Assembly: GCA_965649765.1 (NCBI GenBank) | Contig: OZ287755.1 | Span: 14,942,001 to 15,006,000 of the forward strand | Reading direction: 5' to 3' | Origin: Bispira polyomma | Lineage: Eukaryota | Length of the DNA: 64,000 nucleotides | In this document: positions 13,795 through 23,592 of the stretch, one piece after another | How the letters are laid out: each line of letters opens with the position of its first letter | How positions within the stretch are numbered: position 1 is the stretch's first letter | Notes under the pieces: generated by a model | Databases searched by the model: none | What the model was told of the DNA's origin: nothing | What the model saw: the letters and a program-made list of their open reading frames with translations, nothing else | Made by a program: the position numbers and the translations under genes

Positions 13795-15093
13795 ATGGGC
13801 AGAGGAAAGAAGAAGCAACTCGCCGTTAATATGGCTATGTGTTCTAAGTGTGACATCTCTCATCCCCGACCGGTCGGGACTAGATGCAACAGAGTATCCA
13901 CTCTGCCCGAAGTGGAACTTCCCCAAGGACAAGATCTAGGAGCAGCTAGTAATTTGGACAGCGATTCTGTGAGTAATTTCTCTGATAAAGTTACTTCTGA
14001 TACATTCTACCGTGATATACATACCAGACAGCAAGCCATGATGCAAACGTTGCTCTCAACCGTAGCTAAACTTCAAGAGGACGTTTCTGACCTCAAGTCC
14101 CGTCGCCCTGATACTCCAGCTCCCCAGCTACCCACAGCAGCGGCTTCCGTCGCGACTCGTCCTACAACTACCACTCAGCTTCACGTACCAGTGCATAGTA
14201 CACGGCTAGACCAGGCTTCTAGATCCACTGCTCAAGGCCCCCTCAGTGTACCCGGGTATGACGTCCATAGAGACCTTCCTCAGCTTACTCACTCACCTTA
14301 CGCTCAACCTCCTGTATCAGTTCAGCCACAAGGTTTACAGAGTACTGACAACACACAGCAGGCTCTACATGACGCCATTCTACCGACGCCCGATGTCCTC
14401 AAGCAGTCCTCTATGATCCAGAATGAGGTTTCACTCCGTCTTGCCCGTTACGAGGCCTGGGCAGCCGACGAAAGCCTGCAAGGTAAGCTAGCCACCAAGA
14501 AGAAGTCTGGGCGTTACAACATATCGGATGTGTGCGTTTCCGACCCGATGAAACGGTGGCCTAACGAGGCCTGTCTCTCTGGCATTAATAAGAAACGGGT
14601 CTCCTTTGACGATTTGACTATACCCCAATTCGCTGCCGGGCAGATTCAAAACATTTTAGAGGTCCAAAATCCAACCATCTCCAGGGCTATGCTTACTCAA
14701 CTAGCTGATACTCTCATTGACGCCTCAAACATTTCTTGGCAGATAGCGAGAGGCGCATATGCATGCAACAGGCATGATGTGGAAGAGGGTCGCCTCAGCT
14801 GGCTTAACGAGACCAAGTGGACCCTCAACAGGCTATCTTATTCTCAAGCACTAGTCACCAGCAACGCTCCCACGAATTCTACTCTTTCTGCGTCCACTAA
14901 ACAAGAAATTCCGTGTAGACATTATCAGAAGGGGCAATGCCAGCATCAGAAAGACCACGAGGGCACCAATGTGTTGTTTAAACATATATGTGCGAATTGT
15001 TTCCGGATCAGTAAAAAGTCTAACCCCCATCCAGAAACGAAATGTTTTAAACTACATGGTCGCCCCGCACCAACACCTACACCGACTCAATAG
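13795..15093 (+). CDS. ORF1, Gag-like protein of the YR retrotransposon (432 aa from ATG)
   Basis: ATG in AAAATGG context; N-terminal CSKC-x3-H-x7-C; coiled-coil-like QTLLSTVAKLQEDVSDLK; P/T/Q-rich linker; C-terminal C-x7-C-x5-H and CANC..H..C zinc-finger motifs. Confidence 0.85.
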   Translation: MGRGKKKQLAVNMAMCSKCDISHPRPVGTRCNRVSTLPEVELPQGQDLGAASNLDSDSVSNFSDKVTSDTFYRDIHTRQQAMMQTLLSTVAKLQEDVSDLKSRRPDTPAPQLPTAAASVATRPTTTTQLHVPVHSTRLDQASRSTAQGPLSVPGYDVHRDLPQLTHSPYAQPPVSVQPQGLQSTDNTQQALHDAILPTPDVLKQSSMIQNEVSLRLARYEAWAADESLQGKLATKKKSGRYNISDVCVSDPMKRWPNEACLSGINKKRVSFDDLTIPQFAAGQIQNILEVQNPTISRAMLTQLADTLIDASNISWQIARGAYACNRHDVEEGRLSWLNETKWTLNRLSYSQALVTSNAPTNSTLSASTKQEIPCRHYQKGQCQHQKDHEGTNVLFKHICANCFRISKKSNPHPETKCFKLHGRPAPTPTPTQ

Positions 15094-15150
15094 TACCACG
15101 GACTGCCCACAGTCACCACCACCGAGTGCGAACCAGATAGTGTATATAGT

Positions 15151-17731
15151 ATGAGTCAGAAGAACAGTGTTAGTTATAGACATAGGTTTAAGAAAAATTT
15201 TGAGTCAGACGATAATGAGAACCATAATTTTACCCCTAGCTTGAGTGATAACATTGAGTTTAAGAGTACCGAACATTTGCCTGTAGATAGCAGGATCAGT
15301 GCATCACAGGCACCATTAAATTGTGATAATATTTATTCTGTCACTATGCATACTAAGAGAAAGTGTTTTAATGTAGACATTAACTCAGATGCTACAGTCT
15401 CTAACTTCTCGGACAGCACATGTGAAGACTATCGTTGGGACTTTAAAGCTTTTGATATGTATCTCAGTTGTAGTCTGGATAACTGTTTATTTACAAATTT
15501 TCGTTACCTCGCATGTCGACAGGACATATCTCTTTCTGGCGTTTATGTGTGTAGTCTTGTACAAGGTAGCTGGCTATTCCAGCCCTCTTCTTGGTCATTA
15601 CAACATATTTGGCCAATAACTTATTACAGCTCTGGATACATCCCTGTCTTGACCAGAATACCTGGTGCTACGGTCACTTCTCTGAACAGACTTCAGAGAG
15701 GTGGTTCAAACAGAACTACTTCACATACTCGTACCACTTTGGGTAGCACCATATATTACACAGACATCATAGATAACATATGCAAGCTTGACCAGCAGAA
15801 GCACGCTCAGGTAGAACCTGCTACAAAAAAGTTTGAGAAATTTTCAAACATTAAACACACTCTCAGCTGTAATACCACTGTCATACACACCCCATTTGCA
15901 GCTCTTGAGGATGTTATAACACAAAAATTTCCATCAAAATGCTCTCATATATTTACTAAGGACAACAACATACAAGAGGCCTATTTGGTCACTGAAAGTA
16001 AACCCTTTGGTTACATGCCTTACCGTTATAACAATTTTTCCTTTGTGGGTCCTGTTAGACAAGAGGTCAACATTGACTCCTATTATAAACTTGTAGAGGT
16101 AGCCAACATTATTAAAGCCACTGGCGCCCCTAATTACCAGGTAGCACGTTTTCCACTTCAGAGTAATCTTAATGTAGCTAAGTGGAAAGAATATTTGGTT
16201 GACTACCCTGACAAAATCATTTTACAGTACGTGGAATTTGGATTTCCCCTTTCTTTACGTGAGAGAGATCGCCTCCACGTCACAAACGTAAAAAAATCAT
16301 TATTCAGCCAAAGCCTTTCCTCAGGTAATAGACAAATATTTCGTTACTGAGGTAAACAGAGGCACCATAATTGGCCCCATTAATACTGATCTCCACCCTG
16401 ACTTACATTGTTCTCCTTTGCTAACAGTCCCCAAGGACACCGATCAACGAAGATTAGTACTGAACCTTTCTCATCCAACAGGACAATCTGTTAATGACTG
16501 CACAGTCAAAACCAAATATGACCACGTTAATTTTAACCTTAAACTTCCATCTATTGACCAAATCACTTCTCACATTTTGTCCATCGGTCCTAAGGCCACC
16601 TTAGCGAAAGTGGACATTTCTCACGCTTTTCGCAATATCAGAATTGACCCTTATGACTGCCTTAAACTTGGATATTTTTGGAAAGACAATTATTACATTG
16701 ATCTTACTCTTAGTTTTGGTTTAACACACGGCACGGCGGCCTTTATGATGGCCTCAGATTGTGTCACTTATATTATGAAATTAAAAGGCTTTACAGTGTA
16801 TAACTACATCGATGATTTTATACTCGTACAGTCTGAAGATAAGGCCACCTTAGCTTACAACACCTTACAAGAAACTCTTTCAGATCTAGGTCTCCCAATC
16901 AATTCAAAAAAATTAGTCCCTCCCAGTAAACGTGTCACCTGTATGGGCATCACTATAGATATCACCACTGAAACACTTGACAAGGATAAACTGAATACCA
17001 TATACGATACTTGTGTACAGTTTCAATACTTAAGAAAGGTACGTAAACAAAAATATCAATCTTTACTAGGAAAGTTGCTATATATACACAGATGTATTAA
17101 ACCCGCGCGTATATTTATGAACAGAATGCTTACTCTCCTTCGCCAATCTACCAGTAGTAATACAGTCATCCTCAACACAGATTTCCATTTGGACTTAGCC
17201 TGGTTTCTAAAATTTCTCTTACACTTTAACGGAACTACCACTTATAACTACATTAACAAACCTCATGATGCCTTACTACAGGTGGACGCTTGCTTATCAG
17301 GCATTGGTGGTATATGGGATAACAACGTGTTCAAAACTCCTCTACCTCTCTTCTTGACCCATACTTTATCAATCGTACACTTTGAAATGGTTAGCATTTT
17401 GATTGCCTTAAAACTGTGGAGTCACAAATGGAAAAACCAAAAACTTAAGGTTCAGTCAGACAACATGGCTGTGGTTTCTGTGGTGCAGTCATCCAAGACT
17501 AAAGATAACTACTTAGGACTATGCTTGAGGAACCTTTGGCACATTTGTGCCACAGAAAATATTGACCTTGTTATTAGCCACATCCCAGATAAGGACAATA
17601 TCATCGCTGACACACTTTCGCGTTGGTATGAACCTGATTCTTGTGATGACTACACTAGGTCCTTTATCATTGATAGTTTTAAAATGTTTGACATTCCTCT
17701 CACTTTCTTTACATTGCATAATTATTTTTAA
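15151..17731 (+). pseudogene. Pol: long N-terminal extension + reverse transcriptase + RNase H, one frameshift at A7 16290-16296
   Basis: PNY..ARFP..SNLN...W...L.DYPD....FGFP; removing one A restores VKNHYSAKAF...IIGP...CSPLLTVPK. RT motifs KVDISHAFR, LSFG, YIDDF. RNase H motifs VDAC, HFEM, SDNMAVV, DNIIADTLSR. Confidence 0.9.
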
Positions 17732-17737
17732 TTTCAG

Positions 17738-18574
17738 GCACCTCTCACTCAGCGAACTCACTCATCCAGGGTGCCCTATCAAGATTGCGTCAGACCCACA
17801 GACCCAGAACCCAGAGACAATATAACAGTCAATTCAGACTTTTCTTAGCCTTCACTGTGTATTACGACCTACAGCACACATTTAGTTTCAATACCATATT
17901 GGCTTTCTTAGAGTTCCTTACTCAGTCAGGTGAATCAAAGGAGTTTTTGACCTAAATCAATTATCCAGAATTTCACAGGCCTGCGACCTTCTCCACTTAT
18001 ACAGGACAGCCTTCCTCTTTGCCTTCTTTGGCTTCTTGAGAATCTCCAATCTTACTAATACTTCTGGCTCCCCCTTTGACCCTACAAGACACCTTACTAG
18101 GGCTGACCTAGTTTTCGCCCCCCCCCCCCCAGGTATACACCTTATCCTTAAATGGAGTAAGACTAACCAGGGTAGGAAAAACCCAGATATCATTCAACTA
18201 CCCTCACTTACAAACCCCTGGTTGTGCCCAGTTAGAGCCTCTACCTCTCTGTTTGAGAAATACCCCTACCCTCTATGGCCTCATTACTGGCCAATCCTTT
18301 AGATAAAGGCCTTTGCCTCTCAGATTCTAAACTTAGATCTACACTTAAAAACATTCTCACTCATCTTAACATTCCTTTAGATGGCCATTCTTTTCATTGC
18401 TTCAGGCGTTCTGGAGTCTCTTTAGCTTTCAATTCAAATGTCAAACTTCAGGATATACAAAGACACGGGTGTTGGAAATCCGATGCTGTTTGGTCTTATT
18501 TGCAGGCTACTTCCCATACAGCCTCCATCATACCATCTACTTTTGCCTCTATTGTCTCTACTACTACTTTTTAA
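17738..18574 (+). pseudogene. Tyrosine recombinase, no ATG of its own; apparent internal deletion/frameshift at ~17933 and frameshift at ~18265
   Basis: N-terminal helical region RPRTQRQYNSQFRLFLAF...ILAFLEFL. Catalytic motifs FFGFLRISNL (R), KWSKTNQ (K), LCPV, FHCFRRSG (HxxR), HGCWKSDAVWSY (H/W, Y). Confidence 0.9.
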
Positions 18575-18582
18575 CTTGGTTT

Positions 18583-18765
18583 TTGGCATTTTAAAATTTT
18601 ACACAAATTTTACTTGTATAGTTGTACATAGAGACAGTAGATAGAAAATAAATATATCCCAAACAGCAACTGGTTTCCTCACCATCTATACTTACCTTTA
18701 CCTATTCTTTGGTCAAGCTCCTTAACTTATTAACACTAACTTCTATCACCCAATTTTAGCTACTG
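18583..18765 (+). repeat. Split direct repeat B1 (contains AATAAA)
   Basis: 183 bp, 2 substitutions versus B2; abuts A2. Confidence 0.97.
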
Positions 18766-18766
18766 T

Positions 18767-18988
18767 TGATGTCACTGCTAGCATAGCATGACAAGTCAGT
18801 GGCAAAAATTCCATACTTTACTGTAAACCCTCTCTTAAAATTGTTTACTTGGCTACCCCAATTAAACATCAGCACACTTAGGCTAAGCGACCAATTACCT
18901 TCCTTCATAGCATAGCTCTTCCCGCCTGTTCTTACAAATTTACCATTATTAAGTTGCAAGTCAAAGAAGCAACATACACATTTTTCTC
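18767..18988 (+). repeat. Split direct repeat A2
   Basis: Near-identical to A1. Confidence 0.97.
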
Positions 18989-19021
18989 CCAACCCTCCGC
19001 CCTAAAACATTATACTTTCCT

Positions 19022-19238
19022 TGGCTTACCACTGCCGTTAACTCGAGCCTTTCTCTTTGTGGCCTCGAACCTCGGTCCGTGTGGTGCTGGTTCTCGGCTC
19101 GCACCTTCCCCCTGGTGTGGGCTACCAGGGAATTCAGCTCTGCAGCCGAGAACCTTCACTGCTAGGCGATTAGGTGCCATAGGACCGGGGTTCCATCCCC
19201 GGAGTGGCTTTCGCTGGAGGCATTGGTCAGCTGAGCCA
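19022..19238 (+). ncRNA. Candidate structured cis-acting RNA in the A2-B2 spacer
   Basis: GC-rich island with nested complementary segments (19089-19099/19144-19154 perfect 11 bp; 19067-19078/19182-19193) and many G-U pairs on + strand. Folded by eye. Confidence 0.55.
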
Positions 19239-19475
19239 TTATACTATATTTTGCATGCTCACGTAGATTCTAGATACACTCACCTTCAGTAGAGCTATTC
19301 TACTTTAGCACTTCTTAACTCAGTCATCCTGGGTATTATCACTTATTTTCTTCTTAAAAGATCTTAGTTTTTACTTTGTCCAGTCATCCTGAACATTTCT
19401 TACTTTATGTTTTTCTCTTTTCAGGGGCCGTTTATGACCCCTCCTTTTTTATTCTTGTTATTGTATGTAGCCATA

Positions 19476-19658
19476 TTGGCATTTTAAAATTTTACACAAA
19501 TTTTACTTGTATGGTTGTACATAGAGACAGTAGATAGAAAATAAATATATCCCAAACAGCAACTGGTTTCCTCACCATCTATACTTACCTTTACCTATTC
19601 TTTGGTCAAGCTCCTTAACTTATTAACACTAACTTCTATCACCCAATTTCAGCTACTG
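19476..19658 (+). repeat. Split direct repeat B2 (element 3' end)
   Basis: Near-identical to B1. Confidence 0.97.
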
Positions 19659-20966
19659 CTGCTGCTTATTAAAACAAATACAACGAGTGGAGACGATCTC
19701 ACTACTTACTGGGACTTCCTACTTCCTACCTACTACTACATATAGCTACTTACTGATACATCTATGCCACTTTCGGAAACGTTCGGGGACGAACAGAGAA
19801 ACGGGGCGAAACGGGAGCTGTGGCTGTAGCGTTTCAAACAGTTTGAAGCACTACACAAAAAAGACAAAATGGAGACGTTTTGGGAACGATTTTATCCATC
19901 GGAAAACGTAAAGAAACGATCACAGAAGGGATCCTCACTTCATACTACGTTTCAAACCGTTTCACACGTGACACAAACTTAGCTCTAGAACGTGTAGGTG
20001 TGACCAGGACATTACCACTACACCTACTAAGAGATCAACTAATTTGGTCTGTTAAAAAGGTGCCTCCCACTTTCTTGACCTAAACAATTGACATTTGAAG
20101 TATACGATCTACACATCACACTCGTCACCACTGAACAGGCAAACGTATGACACATAACGGGAGTAAAACGAACTATACCTACAGGTAATATTAAAAGCGA
20201 GGAGAACGAGAACTAAACGGGTTTACAAACATTAAAAACGAGGAGAACAAGTTTAGAAAGGTGGCTAACGTATTTCTACCACGTGGCTAACGAGGCTTAC
20301 ATTTTAATAAAACATCGGTAACCAGTTAATCATAATTAAAACGGCTATTAGATTGTATTAAATGCATGTACAAACGTGTACAGATGAGTACTAAACGTGT
20401 ACAAAACGGCTCATACATTTGATTTTTGCTACGTTTCCCGATTTTAACAGTTTTTCACTTCATTTTCTCCCGTTTACGAAAAAACAACGTAGTGTAAACA
20501 TACTCAGTGTGATCATAGCATTATAACTAACTAAAACGATAAAATACAAAAACTAACATGGAAAATATATGATGGATCTGTAACACCATATTTTATACAA
20601 AGTAGACTGTAAACCCACCCCCTTTCAAATGTGATCAAAATGGTTTTGTTTTTGGTAATATTCAAACAGCAGTAAGCACACATTGATGCACCTTTAATGT
20701 CTATATAACGTAATGTAAATGCATACATACAACTGCATACCATTATTCTCTAAACTATGTGGTCAGTGTGACATTATCGATTTTTTGCCATTTTTGTATA
20801 CTATGTCTGTATTTTTTGTTTGGATTTTGTACTTGTTTTTAACATGTATATTTAAATAAATTTTATGAGAATGAAAAAAAAGAAGTGTGACATTATCCAT
20901 AAAATATTATCCATCTTCGCCGAGTCTTTCCCATACTATACTCACTACTGCTTGTTATATCCCAAC

Positions 20967-21145
20967 GGGGGCCGCGGTGTCCTATGTGGGAAAGGTGGTA
21001 GTTCCTTACTGTGGGCCGCTGGTTTCTCTGCAGAACCTTGACAGACTGTATGCAGTGTTTCCTCCAGCGTTTCCAACTACCCGTCCCAATATAACCTACT
21101 AAAAGGTACTAGAGTGGACGTTAAATATCCAAATTCAAATTCAAA
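20967..21145 (+). mobile_element. Young SINE (family 1) with internal deletion of the tRNA head
   Basis: 14-bp TSD TGTTATATCCCAAC (20953-20966, 21146-21159). The 5' end GGGGCCGCGGTG is joined directly to the body CCTATGTGGGAAAGG. Confidence 0.93.
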
Positions 21146-21939
21146 TGTTATATCCCAACAACTTCCAAACTTTAGCATGTCCAGACAGTTAACAAATTTA
21201 CTTCAGTTTTCTTTATGCTGATATAAACCTTCCCATATTGTTACATAGTTTCCTTCTCTCACTGTGTATGTATCCCAGTTGTATCTTCCTACATGAAATT
21301 GCCTTTACTTTCCCACCCTGTTAGTGCTATTGTTTTCTAGTATGGACCTCTGACAGTCAGTTATAGCCAAGTATATAAATTGACACATATTGATCAAATA
21401 CTAACAATATCTGTTGTTCTCTACTGCTGCACACACAAATTTGTTACACAAAACCAGTCCTTTGAATGGTTCCACCAGTGACGTCAACCCCAACTAAAGT
21501 CTAAATTTTAGGCCTATTAACAATGTCAAAGAAATCTAGGTTAGTGGTATTGGGAGCATAAATACAGAGGGAATTATTATTAACATAAATGAGTAATCTA
21601 TCTAAAAAAATTATCCCTAGTAATAAAGAGGAAATATAGAAATATAGAAAGAAACAGCCATTACTTACCTTTTACAACTTTACAATATGTAACACCTGTT
21701 ATTTGTGTTGATATACTTTGTAGCTTAAACTTCCATAATATCCATATTTACTTAGATATATATTGATTATTGAATCTATTTATAAACACCAGTTAAGACT
21801 CCCAATACATTTCTTTAAAATAGACTTTTTCTCCTGTAAACTGCGACCTCCCTCCTTTGCTGACGTCACTCAAACCAATTTACATATTAAGGTCAATTTC
21901 TCTCAGCAATGTTGTAATCTAATAAATGTGTTCATTTCA

Positions 21940-22648
21940 TTTAGCCTACGCTTCCTTTCAGCACATTCCTTTTCGACGTCGGCCGATTTTCCCCCTCTTT
22001 ACACAATACTACCAAGTGCTTCCTTTCATCAGATTTCCATCCGATCCGATCAGATGTCGGCCGACGTCTGTTTGGCCAACAGTTTTTATCTGTCAGGGAG
22101 GGGAAAAATCGGGTGGACTGTCCGATTTTGAACTAAAGATGGCTACAAAACCACTGTCATAGTTATAGTTTTCATCCAATAAATACTAAATATTCGTCGG
22201 ATGTTAAAGATAAAAATGGCAGGAGAAAGCTTATTTTATTGTGATTACTGTGGGGTTTTTTTCCTCACTAAAATCCGTTAAGAAACGGCTCAGATATTAA
22301 AGTTTATAGAAGGGTACTCCATTTGACTTCCCATTCTACAGTGAATTATACATGACAGTGATGTCATAATGACGTCAGGTTTTGTAGCTACGTCACAGCT
22401 TACACACCAGGAAGTAAAAATTGATACCCTTTTTTAACTGTATATATCTCAGTCGTTTCTAAACGAATTTTTGTGGTAAAAGAAGCACAGTAATCACAAT
22501 AAACTAAGTTTTTTCATGCCATTTTCAAAGTTACCATCAGACGAATATTGAGTATATATCTGATGAAAGGAAGCGCTACATCGGCCGACGTCGGACACAC
22601 ATAAATCGGCCGACGTCGGAATGTGCTGAAAGGAAGCGTAGGCTAAAT
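21940..22648. mobile_element. Non-autonomous foldback/TIR DNA element
   Basis: Perfect 31-bp inverted repeat ATTTAGCCTACGCTTCCTTTCAGCACATTCC (21940-21970/22618-22648), subterminal CGACGTCGGCCGA motifs, further inner inverted repeats. Confidence 0.85.
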
Positions 22649-23472
22649 CGAATTCCATCAGAGATTGAGAGGTGGCACTTTTTAGTTAAACCTTAACAAA
22701 AACTCTATACGTTAAAACTTCGACTCTAATAAAAGCAAACCATATGCAATATATAAATAACTTATAATTGTTATCCATCTGTACTTCACACAGTAAACTA
22801 ATGTCAAAACTGTTGATATTAAGTTGTCCAGTCTTTATTTTGTTTTTGCTATCTGTCCAAGAAATCAGACCTACCAAAACCCTCAAACTAAAGTTTTAGC
22901 CCCAAGATACAAAATTCCACTGCAGTAAATTGGATCTCAATCTTCTTCTAATATAATTTGCCATTTAATACTTCACGAAATTCGGATCTCACTTCTGTCC
23001 CAAATCACTTCCTTTGAATGCTTAAAATGAACCCCTCCCCAAAAAGAATAATCTCTACAAATTACATTTATTATAATAACATTTTAGCTTCTGCTAAAAA
23101 CTGTTGATTTATTTGTTTTTCACATTTTGTTAATCCAAAAAATTTGATGAATGTCTTCAAAATGGTGATCAAGAGAAATTACTCCCCCATTTCTAATCCC
23201 TATAATGTCATTCAAAGTGTCTTTTCAAGGTGTGTTTAATTTGAAAATTTAATTATTCCCTCTCTAACATGATACACTTGTATCTTATCAACATTCCCTC
23301 CAGATGCCGCGTGAGCTATTGATAGTGCTAGTCAACTTGTCAAAGCTAATGGGAAATTTGGGATAGGTGTAGTTTTTATGACTTAAGAAACCCCTCAGAA
23401 CTTCAATGAGCATGCAGACTCATTACTGGGACTTGCATAACAACTGCAGACAATTAAGAAAAAGTTGTTTCC

Positions 23473-23592
23473 CAGGGGCGGTATTTCCAAAAAGGGCTAA
23501 GTCAAGATTTGTCTTAGATCTAGTATGTACTAAGGTGCTGGATTGAGGACAATGTCTAGACTTAGTTTAGACTTGTTGTGAATACCACCCTG
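23473..23592. mobile_element. Short MITE, GG(G/C)N2GTATTCAC-type TIR family
   Basis: CAGGGGCGGTATTTCCAAAAAG ... CTTGTTGTGAATACCACCCTG; CWG flanks typical of some Harbinger MITEs. Confidence 0.6.

Larger units (their letters stand above)
13405..19658 (+). mobile_element. Tyrosine-recombinase retrotransposon, Ngaro-type (DIRS order), full length with split direct repeats
   Basis: A1 13405-13625 matches A2 18767-18988; B1 18583-18765 matches B2 19476-19658. ORF order Gag-like, RT/RNase H, YR. No methyltransferase domain after RNase H. Confidence 0.93.
13116..20014. mobile_element. Non-autonomous TIR element (PIF/Harbinger-like ends), ~645 bp, interrupted by the YR retrotransposon
   Basis: TAATGGCCTGGTCACACCTACACGT (13116-13140) is the inverted repeat (24/25) of ACGTGTAGGTGTGACCAGGACATTA (19990-20014). 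Related ends at ~30394, ~32090, ~54226. Confidence 0.75.

Noticed and set aside
16290-16296. A7 run as a programmed frameshift
   Set aside because: A +1 shift is needed in the middle of the conserved NHxSA region, while slippery A-runs normally give -1. A homopolymer indel (mutation or sequencing error) is simpler.
17630-17737. DIRS1/PAT-type DNA adenine methyltransferase after RNase H
   Set aside because: Pol stops ~35 codons after the last RNase H motif, with no DxFA or PP motifs; supports Ngaro rather than DIRS1/PAT.
19022-19225. Twister or hammerhead ribozyme call for the structured RNA
   Set aside because: Superficial twister resemblance (CCACUGCC, CCGG..CCGG, AGUGG), but the UAA and CCCAAGC-type loops are missing. 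I found no CUGANGA/GAAA hammerhead core. Left unclassified.
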